This document shows, piece by piece, positions 25,901 to 36,290 of a stretch of DNA of 64,000 bases (the first letter of the stretch is position 1; every line of letters begins with the position of its first letter). Position numbers and translations under genes: made by a program. Where the stretch lies: contig JAVBMV010000010.1 in the NCBI GenBank assembly GCA_031552145.1, positions 48,027-112,026 on the forward strand, given 5' to 3'. The notes under the pieces were generated by a model, which was not told where the DNA came from, ran no database searches, and worked only from the letters and a program-made list of their open reading frames with translations. This DNA comes from Myxococcales bacterium (lineage in GTDB: Bacteria; Myxococcota; Myxococcia; Myxococcales; UBA5297).

Positions 25901-26659
25901 ATGATCGAAGTGACCAGCCTGTGCAAGAACTACCGTGAGCGCGCCGCCCTCTCGAACCTGACCTTTCGGGTGGGCGAGGGCGAGGTCCTCGGCTTCCTTG
26001 GGCCCAACGGCGCCGGCAAGACCACGACCATGCGCATCCTGGCGGGCTTCATCCCAGCCACGTCGGGCAGCGCCAAGGTGGCGGGCTACGACATCTTCGA
26101 GGCGCCGCTCGAGGCAAAGCGGCGAATCGGCTACCTGCCGGAGCAGCCCCCTGTCCACAAGGAGATGACGGTCGCCGACTACCTCTGCTACTGCGCGCGC
26201 CTCAAGGGCCTCCCCGGCAAGCACATCCGCGCCGAGGCGGAGCAGGCCGCGGAGCGGACGCGCGTGAGCGACGTTTATAGGCGCGTCATCGGCACGCTCT
26301 CCAAGGGCTTCCGGCAGCGCGTGGGCCTTGCCCAGGCGCTCCTCGGCGCTCCTCCGGTCCTCATCCTCGACGAGCCGACGGTAGGGCTCGATCCATTCCA
26401 GATCCTGGAGGTACGCAACCTCATCACCGATCTGGCCAAGACAGGAAAGCACACCATCGTGCTCTCGACACACATCCTCACGGAGGTCGCCGAGCTCTGC
26501 GGAAAGGTGCTGATCATCAACGGCGGCGCACGGGTCGCCTTCGACACCTTGGCGGCGCTGCGCGCCCACCACGTCGATGGACGCGAGGCGAGCCTCGAGG
26601 AGATCTACCTGAAGCTGATCGATCCGACCGCCACCGCGCACGGCGAGGAGAGCCTCTGA
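25901..26659 (+). CDS. ABC transporter ATP-binding protein (GldA-like)
   Basis: GPNGAGKT, LSKGFRQR, LDEPT, STH. Confidence 0.93.
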   Translation: MIEVTSLCKNYRERAALSNLTFRVGEGEVLGFLGPNGAGKTTTMRILAGFIPATSGSAKVAGYDIFEAPLEAKRRIGYLPEQPPVHKEMTVADYLCYCARLKGLPGKHIRAEAEQAAERTRVSDVYRRVIGTLSKGFRQRVGLAQALLGAPPVLILDEPTVGLDPFQILEVRNLITDLAKTGKHTIVLSTHILTEVAELCGKVLIINGGARVAFDTLAALRAHHVDGREASLEEIYLKLIDPTATAHGEESL

Positions 26660-27456
26660 TGCGCACCATGCTGGCCATCGCCCGCAAAGAGCTGAACATC
26701 TATCTCACCACGCCGCTCGCCTACATCGTGCTCTCCGCCACGGCCTTCGTCTCGGCCTTCTTCTTTGTGGGGCACGTGCGGCGCTTTCTCGAATACACCT
26801 CGGTCTCGGCGCAGCCGCAGTGGGCCGACTACGCCGCCCGGCTCAACCTCACCGACGGCGTAGTGCTTCCGCTCATCTTCAGCAGCGCGCTGGTCACCAT
26901 CCTGGTGGCGCCGCTGCTCACCATGCGCCTCATCGCGGAGGAGCGGCGCGAAGGGACCTTTGAGCTCTTGATGACCTACCCGGTGCGCACCGTGGAGATC
27001 GTGCTGGGCAAATACCTGGGCGGCCTCGCGATCCTGGCGCTCTGCATCGCGCTCACCCTCCTCTTTCCCGCGGCGCTCGAGCTCTTCGCGGGGAGCACCT
27101 CCGCGAGCGGCCTCGGTCTCGAGTGGCGGACCGTCCTCTTGGGCTACGCGGGCTTCTTCCTCTTGGGCGCCGCCTTCATGGCGATCGGGCTCTGCATCAG
27201 CTCCTTCACCGACAGCCAACTCGTCGCCGCCATCATCACCCTCTTCGCGCTGCTCCTGCTCTGGATGCTGCAGAGCGTCTCGATGGGCACCGAGGGGCTG
27301 ATAAGGGCCGCGCTCATCGGCTTCTCGGCCCCACATCACCTGATGGGCTTCCTGCGCGGCGCCCTCGAGCTCAAGGATCTCCTCTACTTCCTCTCCTGGA
27401 TCGCCTTGGGGCTCTACATCACCTGCAGGTCGGTCGAGGCCAAGCGCTGGGCGTGA
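26659..27456 (+). CDS. ABC-2 permease (GldF-like)
   Basis: TMRLIAEERREGTFELL, LGKY; multiple TM segments. Confidence 0.9.
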   Translation: MRTMLAIARKELNIYLTTPLAYIVLSATAFVSAFFFVGHVRRFLEYTSVSAQPQWADYAARLNLTDGVVLPLIFSSALVTILVAPLLTMRLIAEERREGTFELLMTYPVRTVEIVLGKYLGGLAILALCIALTLLFPAALELFAGSTSASGLGLEWRTVLLGYAGFFLLGAAFMAIGLCISSFTDSQLVAAIITLFALLLLWMLQSVSMGTEGLIRAALIGFSAPHHLMGFLRGALELKDLLYFLSWIALGLYITCRSVEAKRWA

Positions 27457-27503
27457 GGCCGCGAGGCCATCACGTAGGCGACACCCACATCGGAGTGACA
27501 CAG

Positions 27504-29054
27504 ATGCGCGGCAGACTAATCGGGCGAATCCTGGCGCTGTTGGGGCTGGTGCTCCTGGTGAGCTCCGCCTTCACCTGGCTCATCGGCTCGCCTGCGATGG
27601 CCCTGGGCAAAGTGGTGCTGGCGCTCCTCTTCTTTGCTCTCTATTTCGCGACCAACTTCGGCGAGCTCGGCAAGGCCTTCTCCTCGAAGGGCACCCTCTA
27701 CGCGGGCGTCACTGGCGCCTCGGCGTTCCTGCTCGCCCTCATTCTCTTGGTGCTCAACGTATTGGCGGCGCGCAGCGAGCTCTCCTGGGACCTGACGAAG
27801 GACCGGCTCAATACGCTCTCGGAGGAGAGCGTCCGGGCGCTCGCGGCGCTCGACCGCGACGTCTCGCTGCTCGCCTTTTACCGCGCGGGCGAGCCGGCCC
27901 AGGAGCAGTTCGAGCTGCTCTTTCGGCGCTATGGAGCGCTCTCGCCGCGCTTCAGCTATCGCTTCATCGATCCCGAGGCCTCGCCAGCGCTGGCCAAGGA
28001 GTATGGGATCACCGGGGAGAAGGAGCGCGTCCTGCTTCTCGCCGACAGCGGAAAGCTCCAGGTTCGGATCAAGGATGCATCCGAGGAGTCGCTGACCAAT
28101 GCGCTGGTGCGGGCGACGCACCAGGTGGTGCGCACCCTCTATTTTATCAATGGCCACGGCGAGTCCACCGTGGAGGATGAGGGGCCCTCGGGCCTCTCGG
28201 CCATGGCGAAGCGCATGGAGAGCGAAGGGCTGAAGGCCGAATCGCTAACGCTGGGCATGCAGGAGGAGATCCCGGAGAACGCGGCGGCGCTGGTGCTCGC
28301 CGGCCCCTCCGAGGAACTTCAGCCGGGGGAGGTCGAGATGGTTCGCCGCTACCTCGAGCGAGGCGGGCGCGTCCTCTTCATGCTCGAGCCGATGGCGGAC
28401 GCCGGCTTCGACGATGTGCTGGCGCTCTACAACCTGGAAGTTGGGGATGATCTCGTTGTCGATCCGGCCAGCCGGATCGTGGGCTCCAACGAGTTCGCCC
28501 CCGTCTCGCTCTCCTACAACGAGCAGACCGAGATCGGGCGCGGCTTCAATCTGCAGACGGTCTTCCCCACCGCGCGCTCGGTGGTGCCCCTCTACCTGGC
28601 CGAGTCTGGCGCGACGGCCCGCCCCCTGGTGCTCACCATGCAGAGCGCCTGGGCCGAGACCGATCTCGATGGGCTCAAGAAGGGAGAGGAGGCGAAGCGC
28701 AGCAACGCCGAGAAGGGCGGCCCCTTCGCCCTCGCGGCCACCTCTACCAAACCGCTGCCGAAGCGGGAGGATGGACCGAGCGGTGAGACGCGCATCGTGC
28801 TCTTCGGCGACCGGGACTTCGCCACCAACAAGTTCAGCGCGATCCAAGGGAATGGCGACCTCTTCCTCAACTCGCTCAACTGGCTCTGTGAGCAGAGCGA
28901 CCGCATCACCATCAGGCCGCGCCTGCGCGAGGCCTCGCGCCTCTTTCTCGACGCCGGAAAGCAGTCGCTCCTCTTCTTCATCGCGCTCGATCTCTTACCC
29001 ATCTCCCTGCTCGCGCTGGGGCTCACCATCTGGATGGTCCGACGCAGCAGATAG
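27504..29054 (+). CDS. GldG-family ABC auxiliary component
   Basis: WDLT..TLS, GHGE, AGP, LFLNSLNWL; N- and C-terminal TM segments. Confidence 0.88.
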   Translation: MRGRLIGRILALLGLVLLVSSAFTWLIGSPAMALGKVVLALLFFALYFATNFGELGKAFSSKGTLYAGVTGASAFLLALILLVLNVLAARSELSWDLTKDRLNTLSEESVRALAALDRDVSLLAFYRAGEPAQEQFELLFRRYGALSPRFSYRFIDPEASPALAKEYGITGEKERVLLLADSGKLQVRIKDASEESLTNALVRATHQVVRTLYFINGHGESTVEDEGPSGLSAMAKRMESEGLKAESLTLGMQEEIPENAAALVLAGPSEELQPGEVEMVRRYLERGGRVLFMLEPMADAGFDDVLALYNLEVGDDLVVDPASRIVGSNEFAPVSLSYNEQTEIGRGFNLQTVFPTARSVVPLYLAESGATARPLVLTMQSAWAETDLDGLKKGEEAKRSNAEKGGPFALAATSTKPLPKREDGPSGETRIVLFGDRDFATNKFSAIQGNGDLFLNSLNWLCEQSDRITIRPRLREASRLFLDAGKQSLLFFIALDLLPISLLALGLTIWMVRRSR

Positions 29055-29063
29055 GAGAGATCC

Positions 29064-29672
29064 ATGGCCCTGACCAAGCGAACCAAGGCCCTCCTGGGAC
29101 TGGCGGCGGTTGCCGTCGCGGCCGGCGCGCTCCTCGCCCTTCTCCAGGCGATGCGGCAGGCCGAGGAGGGGCGTTTGCTCGCCGCGGGGCAGGAGGAGCG
29201 ACTCTTCCCAACCGAGGCGCGCGATGTAGAGCGCGTCGAGTTCGAGTTCCGCAGGCAGCCGATCCTCGCGCTCATCAAGAGCAGCGACGGCGACACCTTC
29301 GATATGGTGACGCCGCTGGGGGAGCGCCGCGCCGCGGAGCCCGCGGCGGCCAACCGGCTCCTCTCCCAGGTGCTCTCTCTGAGGCGAGAGCGGCTCATCG
29401 AGCCCACCTCCGAGGATTTGGCTCAGTACGGACTCGCGGCGCCAGAGCTCTCCCTGCGCGTCGCCTATTCCGGGAGCGAACGGCGCCTGCTCATCGGCGA
29501 CGAGAGCAGCTTCGACGCCCACACCTATGTCGTCGTCGAGGGGAGCCGCGGCGTGCTCCTGGTGCGCGGCGCCCTGCGCCAACTCTTCGCCCAATTGGCA
29601 AAGCTGGGCGGACCAACGTCCGAGCCCAGCGAGCAGGGAGGCGGCACAGGGGATGACGCTGGCGCGCGCTGA
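29064..29672 (+). CDS. DUF4340-like protein
   Basis: N-terminal TM, LAQYGLAAP motif; position after gldG-like gene. Confidence 0.75.
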   Translation: MALTKRTKALLGLAAVAVAAGALLALLQAMRQAEEGRLLAAGQEERLFPTEARDVERVEFEFRRQPILALIKSSDGDTFDMVTPLGERRAAEPAAANRLLSQVLSLRRERLIEPTSEDLAQYGLAAPELSLRVAYSGSERRLLIGDESSFDAHTYVVVEGSRGVLLVRGALRQLFAQLAKLGGPTSEPSEQGGGTGDDAGAR

Positions 29673-29757
29673 GCCAAGACAATCGGCGCTTGCGCCCGGC
29701 CCCTGGTGGGGCTAGATTGGCTGGTCCTTATTTCTATTTCGTACCGGAGATCGCTCG

Positions 29758-30063
29758 ATGGCTCGCGTCACAGTTGAAGACTGCCTCCCCTTGGTGGACA
29801 ACCGCTTCGCGCTGGTCCTGCTCGCGACCAAGCGCACCCGCCAGATCTCCGCTGGGGCCCGCTCGGTGGTCGAGAAGACGCGCAACAAGCCACCGGTGCT
29901 GGCGCTCCGCGAAATCGCGACGGGTAAGGTGCGTTTCGACCGCAGCGTGCGCGACGCGCTCATGGGGCGCTACGACAAGCCGGTCGAGAAGAGCATGACG
30001 CTGCGCCCCATCGTCAACACGGGGCCTACCGCCGCCCAGCGCAACGTCCTCACCAGCCCCTGA
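29758..30063 (+). CDS. rpoZ: RNA polymerase omega subunit
   Basis: [24 protein letters not shown]. Confidence 0.96.
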   Translation: MARVTVEDCLPLVDNRFALVLLATKRTRQISAGARSVVEKTRNKPPVLALREIATGKVRFDRSVRDALMGRYDKPVEKSMTLRPIVNTGPTAAQRNVLTSP

Positions 30064-30105
30064 GAAACGCGGAACTCCCAGCCGATGTGCTGGCTGGCCT
30101 TATTT

Positions 30106-30140
30106 CGAGACCCGGCGCCCTCCGTGGGCACCGGGTCTCG
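30106..30140. terminator. Hairpin after rpoZ, between convergent genes
   Basis: CGAGACCCGGCGCCC-TCCGT-GGGCACCGGGTCTCG. Confidence 0.75.
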
Positions 30141-30164
30141 CCGTTTCGAGCTCCGGGGACGCCC

Positions 30165-30779
30165 TCACTGGATGGCCTTCGGCTGCTCGAAGGTAGGGAG
30201 CACCCCGCGCTCCGCCAGGAGGCGCGCCATGCGGCGTGAGCCGGTGCAAAGCCACCGCTCGTAAAGGCGCACGAGACCGCGGTTGTTCGAGAGCGAGACG
30301 CGCTCGCTCACCTCGGCGAGGAGGTCGGCGATGGCCAGGAACTTCTCGCAGAGCTCGCCGAAGGGCCCCGCCATCTGGCGGCGCCGCTCCAATTCGGCGA
30401 GCACCCCATAGGCGCCACCTCCCATCGCCGCGTAGTAGTCGACCCCGACGGCGCGCCGCGCGAAGGAGTCGGCGAAGAAGCCCGCCACGAAGAGCGCGCT
30501 GTCGCCCAGCCAGCGCAGCGAGGCCACCCGTTCCGCTGGGCCCCGCTCCAGCGCCCGCAGCAAGATCGGCGCCAGCGGCTCGTCGAACTGGGCCCGCGCG
30601 TCGCCCTCCCCTCCTTGCATGGAGAGGCTCTCGGCGCGGATGAAGCGCGCCAGTAGATCGACGAGGTAGAGCTCGGTCGCGGGGGCGATGGGCAACTGCT
30701 GATTCTCGATCGCCCCCGCCAGCAGCGTCCCGAAGAGTCTCCTGGGATTCTCGTCCGTTACGATCCTGTGTTCGCTCAT
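30165..30779 (-). CDS. Conserved hypothetical helical protein divergent from groES
   Basis: LGDSALFVAGFF, YYAAMGGGAY, LYERW; GC-biased codons; function unknown. Confidence 0.75.
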   Translation of the reverse strand: MSEHRIVTDENPRRLFGTLLAGAIENQQLPIAPATELYLVDLLARFIRAESLSMQGGEGDARAQFDEPLAPILLRALERGPAERVASLRWLGDSALFVAGFFADSFARRAVGVDYYAAMGGGAYGVLAELERRRQMAGPFGELCEKFLAIADLLAEVSERVSLSNNRGLVRLYERWLCTGSRRMARLLAERGVLPTFEQPKAIQ

Positions 30780-30987
30780 GTCGGCCCCCGCCCTCCCCTC
30801 TGGGAGTCCGTAGCCACCCGGAAAGCTATGGAGCGGCCGAGCGACTGAGCAATGGCGGGGCACCAAATGGGGTGCAGGTACCCACGCGACGGCGCGTCCA
30901 ACGGCTCCGACATCGCGCGCAATGCCCTGAAAAAACAAGCGATCTCGGCGGTTTACGCAGCACGAGCCCCTTCATTGCCAACGTTGC

Positions 30988-31015
30988 TTGACGGGTCGGA
31001 TCCCGTGCTTAGACT
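30988..31015 (+). promoter_or_regulatory. Putative groESL promoter
   Basis: TTGACG-N16-TAGACT. Confidence 0.6.
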
Positions 31016-31109
31016 ACGCGCGCTCTGGCCCCCACCCTGGGGAGCCAATCAGAGGCCCGCCTCGCCGGGCTGCCTTACCTAGACCCCAAAGATACAAGGA
31101 GCAGTAACT

Positions 31110-31400
31110 ATGAAGATTCGCCCCTTGCAGGACCGCATCATCGTCAAGCGCGTTCAGGAAGAGGAGAAGACCAAGGGTGGCATCATTATCCCCGACTCCG
31201 CCAAGGAGAAGCCACTCGAGGGCATGGTCATCGCCGTCGGCAACGGCAAGGTGCTCGAGGATGGCAAGGTCCGCCCGCTCGACATCAAGGCCAACGACCG
31301 GGTCCTCTTCACCAAGTACGCCGGCACCGAGGTGAAGATCGACGGCGAGGAGCACCTGATCCTGCGCGAGGACGACATCCTCGGCGTCATCGAGAAGTAA
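31110..31400 (+). CDS. groES: Co-chaperonin GroES
   Basis: [24 protein letters not shown]. Confidence 0.98.
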   Translation: MKIRPLQDRIIVKRVQEEEKTKGGIIIPDSAKEKPLEGMVIAVGNGKVLEDGKVRPLDIKANDRVLFTKYAGTEVKIDGEEHLILREDDILGVIEK

Positions 31401-31447
31401 GCACCCCTCACCCCACGTTAGCTCTCTAACTTCGAGGAGAAAGATAA

Positions 31448-33082
<1,635 letters not shown>

Positions 33083-33114
33083 TCCCGTCCGCTCCCGATC
33101 CCGGGAACGACATC

Positions 33115-33150
33115 AGGCCCCGCTCTCCTCACGGAGGGCGGGGCCTTTTG
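33115..33150 (+). terminator. Rho-independent terminator of groESL
   Basis: AGGCCCCGCTCTCC-TCAC-GGAGGGCGGGGCCT followed by a T run. Confidence 0.88.
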
Positions 33151-33158
33151 CTTGCACC
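33134..33158 (+). repeat. 25-bp direct repeat, left copy
   Basis: GAGGGCGGGGCCTTTTGCTTGCACC, identical to 34879-34903. Confidence 0.95.
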
Positions 33159-33170
33159 TCGCAGCGCCCT

Positions 33171-34457
33171 TCAAGGATATGGGAGCGGCAGCCGAAAACC
33201 GGGGTAAGCGAAAGCGCCCGCGAGCTTCTTGCAGTCGGCCTCGCTCATACCCGACGCTCTGGCGACCCCGTACCATGTGACTTGTATCTGCTTCTCCATG
33301 GCATCGATCACCGCCCTCGCCTCCTCCTTCGCCAACAGGAAGCGGGGCGCCTCGCTCACTAAGTTTTCCGCGTTGGCGTAGCGGCCCGCGACACCGCACT
33401 CCATAGCGAGATCTCGCCGCTCGACACTGACGGGAGCGGAGGGATTGAGATCGTACGCGGGCGAGAGGCGCCACTCGCGCGCTTGGGCGATGACAGCGTG
33501 GTTTCGAGGATGATCGTCGCTGTTCGAGATCAACGCATTGAAACAGATCCTGCGGAAGAGCTCGACGGCGTCGCGCTTGGGCTCGGAGCTGAGGCGACGC
33601 AGCTCCTCCACGAGGAACGGGTAGGACCACCGCTCGCGCGACTGGGCGCTCTCATCCGCTCGCAAGAGCGTCAGCGCGCTCAACATGCGTGAGCGCGTGT
33701 ACCCTGACAAGACTCTCGCTCGATCGAATCGTTTCACCAGTAAAACGTCTCGACCGCCAACCGAAGTGACCCGGCTCTCCGCCGCGTTTAGGCCGCAGCT
33801 GCGCGCCAAGAGGAGCATCGCGTGCTCGGCGCGCGCATGATTCCAACGATCATCCGCACGATTGAACTTGGCCAACCAAAGGCCCTGCTCGTCCTCGACC
33901 ACCGCCTTCGGGCGCGCACCGCCCATGGAGGTTCCGACGAGCAACAACTCCTCGGCCTGATAGAGCTCGGCATGATCCTTCTGGTCGCCTGGCAGCGCCT
34001 CTTCGTCCAAGATGCAGTCCGCCAGCCTCTGCAGCCGAGCCAGATCGAGCGTCCGATTGAAGGCGCGCAACGGCGCGGGAGGCTCTGGTCCCAGGCCAAA
34101 CCCCAGCGCTCCGGCCCTGTCATCCGGCGAATGGAGCAGATAGTCGAGCTCCCGCATGCGGACGACGCCAGCGTGACGCTCGATGACACGTCGCCCCCAG
34201 TAGTCTGGCGCGGCGTCGCGCAGCGCACCGAAGAGCCCCGCCTTGCTGGCGCTCTCGCGCAGACCAGGCCCGAGGCTCAGCTCGCCCGGATCGATCTCCA
34301 CCGCATCGGATCTCGCTAAGTAGCTCCGTCCGTAGATGAAGCGCCCCAGCGGCTCTTCCTGGCGCTCCCGCACGACTTCGAAGCGCCCAGCCACGACGGG
34401 CTTCGTCTCTCCTGGAAGCGTGATGTAGACGAAGCATCCGTCCCTCTCAGAAGTCAT
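33171..34457 (-). CDS. hipA: HipA-family toxin kinase
   Basis: DAAPDYWGR N-domain, SMGGARPK, AKF, RFDR, NSDDHPRNH, LSPAYDL. Confidence 0.93.
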   Translation of the reverse strand: MTSERDGCFVYITLPGETKPVVAGRFEVVRERQEEPLGRFIYGRSYLARSDAVEIDPGELSLGPGLRESASKAGLFGALRDAAPDYWGRRVIERHAGVVRMRELDYLLHSPDDRAGALGFGLGPEPPAPLRAFNRTLDLARLQRLADCILDEEALPGDQKDHAELYQAEELLLVGTSMGGARPKAVVEDEQGLWLAKFNRADDRWNHARAEHAMLLLARSCGLNAAESRVTSVGGRDVLLVKRFDRARVLSGYTRSRMLSALTLLRADESAQSRERWSYPFLVEELRRLSSEPKRDAVELFRRICFNALISNSDDHPRNHAVIAQAREWRLSPAYDLNPSAPVSVERRDLAMECGVAGRYANAENLVSEAPRFLLAKEEARAVIDAMEKQIQVTWYGVARASGMSEADCKKLAGAFAYPGFRLPLPYP

Positions 34458-34794
34458 CGTCCATGACTCCTTTCCCGGCGCTTCGCGCGCGCAGCCGCCC
34501 CTCTCGCTTCGACAGGATTAGCCCTTCCCGGTCGAGGCTGGGCTCGGCAAGGCACGCCAGTTGCTCTGTCAATCCGAAGACCCAGAGGAGGCCTGCATAG
34601 ATGGCGATGCCCGTCGAAGGTTTCCCCCTCTCGGCATCCGCCACCACATGGCGCCCAACACCGAGCTTTGCCGCCACGGCCTCGATCGTCTGGTTACGCC
34701 GCAGCCGGGCAGTCCTCAGATTAGCTCCGAGCCGCTTGAGCGCCTCCTCGACGGGGTAGGGGGGCGCCAAGACGAGCTGATTTCGAGTGGACAT
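34447..34794 (-). CDS. XRE-family HTH antitoxin (HipB-like)
   Basis: LGANLRTARLRR..VAAKLGV..VADAERG; overlaps the hipA start by 11 bp. Confidence 0.88.
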   Translation of the reverse strand: MSTRNQLVLAPPYPVEEALKRLGANLRTARLRRNQTIEAVAAKLGVGRHVVADAERGKPSTGIAIYAGLLWVFGLTEQLACLAEPSLDREGLILSKREGRLRARSAGKGVMDDDF

Positions 34795-34800
34795 GTCGCT

Positions 34801-34867
34801 TCAAGACTCCATTATGCTCCATATCGTAGCCTTGAGGCACCATAATCCTTCGAGACCAGCACTTCAA
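34801..34867 (-). promoter_or_regulatory. TA promoter with downstream imperfect palindromic operator
   Basis: TTGAAG-N17-TATGGT (34867-34839); TCAAGACTCC...GTAGCCTTGA at 34801-34835. Confidence 0.6.
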
Positions 34868-34878
34868 GTTGGCCGGAA

Positions 34879-34903
34879 GAGGGCGGGGCCTTTTGCTTGC
34901 ACC
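34879..34903 (+). repeat. 25-bp direct repeat, right copy
   Basis: Identical to 33134-33158; lacks the 5' arm of the hairpin. Confidence 0.95.
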
Positions 34904-34950
34904 GATATAGAGTCGGCTCCACGAACCCGACGCGCGAAGGAGTCTCGACC

Positions 34951-36273
34951 ATGAAGCCAAACCGAATCGCCGCGCCCCTTCTCTGCCTTCTCCTCTCGCT
35001 CGGCTGTGTTTCTTCAAAAGCGCAAGGGCCCGCCGCGCCTCTCCCTTCCCCGAGCGAGCCCGCGGCGGACAGCGACTATCTCGACGCTCTCGCCGCCACG
35101 GTCGCGGCGCAGATATCGCCCTCTCCGAAGGTGCCAGAAGGCCTCTTCGACGCGAGCTTTCTGGCGGCTCTCCCTCTGCGCCAGCTAGAGGCGGTCTACG
35201 CGACGCTCCACGAAAAATGGGGCCTCTGCAGGGTAGGAGGCGTGAAGGAGCGCCCTTCGAAGGAGCAGGCGATCTATCTGCTCGACTGTGACAAGGGGTA
35301 CCGAGTCGAGCTCTCGCTCAGCGCGCCCGAGGAGACGAAGCGCATCGCGGGCCTCTGGTTCAAGAACGCGGTCAGCACCCAGGCAACATCCTTCGACGCG
35401 CTGCGCGCCGAGCTCGCGGCGTTACCGGGGAAGGTCTCGGCGCTCGCGGTTCCTCTCGCGGGCGGCGAACCGCTCCTCGCGCTCGAGGCAGAGAGCCCCA
35501 GGGCGCTCGGCTCCATCTTCAAGCTCTATGTCCTCGCGACATTGTTTGACTCCATAAAGAATGGCCAGCATCGTTGGGATGAAGTGGTCCTCCTGAGGCC
35601 GGAGTGGCGCTCACTGCCCTCTGGACAGCTTCAGGACTGGCCCGTGGGCACGCCCGTGACGCTCGCCACGCTCGCGGACCTCATGATCTCGCGCAGCGAC
35701 AACACCGCGACGGACGCGCTGATCGGGGTGCTCGGCCGCGAGGCGATCGAGGGGCTGGCCACGAAGCTCGGGAATCGGTCGCAGCGGGCGCCCTTCCTCA
35801 CGACGCGCGAGGCCTTCAACCTGAAGGACGCCTCGCGAAAGGAGCTGGCCAGCCGTTACGTCGCGGCCTCGGCGAAGGAGCGGCGCGCACTCCTGTCGCA
35901 GAACGCCGGCGCCTTCCGGACCCAAGATCTGGCGCTCCCTCCAGCCCCCTATCTCATCGATGAAGTGGAGTGGTTCGCCACGCCGCGCGAGCTCGCGGCG
36001 CTCTTCGCACACCTCAAAGAGGCGAGCCCCCTCGCCCTGGAGACGCTGGCAATTAATCCGGGCACCCGCCAGAAGGAACTCTTCCAATATGCAGGCTTCA
36101 AAGGAGGCTCGGAACCCGGTGTGCTCTCGCTCGCCTACCTCGTGCAAACGCGCAAAGGAGACTGGTACACGGTCTCGGTGCTCTGGAATGACAGCGAGCG
36201 GAGCGTCGATGAAGGAAAGCTCGTCGACATCGCGGAGCGGCTCTTGCGCCTCGTAGCAGAACAGTTGCGTTAG
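34951..36273 (+). CDS. Lipoprotein, serine beta-lactamase/PBP-like hydrolase (Cpe/LpqF-like architecture)
   Basis: Lipobox LSLGC; SIFK (SxxK), SDN, KGG; extra N-terminal domain. Confidence 0.82.
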   Translation: MKPNRIAAPLLCLLLSLGCVSSKAQGPAAPLPSPSEPAADSDYLDALAATVAAQISPSPKVPEGLFDASFLAALPLRQLEAVYATLHEKWGLCRVGGVKERPSKEQAIYLLDCDKGYRVELSLSAPEETKRIAGLWFKNAVSTQATSFDALRAELAALPGKVSALAVPLAGGEPLLALEAESPRALGSIFKLYVLATLFDSIKNGQHRWDEVVLLRPEWRSLPSGQLQDWPVGTPVTLATLADLMISRSDNTATDALIGVLGREAIEGLATKLGNRSQRAPFLTTREAFNLKDASRKELASRYVAASAKERRALLSQNAGAFRTQDLALPPAPYLIDEVEWFATPRELAALFAHLKEASPLALETLAINPGTRQKELFQYAGFKGGSEPGVLSLAYLVQTRKGDWYTVSVLWNDSERSVDEGKLVDIAERLLRLVAEQLR

Positions 36274-36290
36274 CCAGCGCGCGAGGCGCT

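Larger units (their letters stand above)
33134..34903. mobile_element. Direct-repeat-bounded toxin-antitoxin islet with no recombinase gene
   Basis: The exact 25-bp repeats enclose only hipA-like, the XRE gene and their promoter; mobility is inferred. Confidence 0.65.

Noticed and set aside
25901-29672. GldAFG-like genes as proof of Bacteroidetes-type gliding
   Set aside because: This ABC module is widespread outside gliding Bacteroidetes; its substrate cannot be inferred.
31025-31047. CTGGC...GCCAA inverted repeat upstream of groES as CIRCE
   Set aside because: Spacing and inner bases do not fit TTAGCACTC-N9-GAGTGCTAA.
31418-31444. TTAGCTCTC between groES and groEL resembling a CIRCE half-site
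   Set aside because: No GAGTGCTAA-like arm at 9-bp spacing; the downstream sequence is the groEL RBS.
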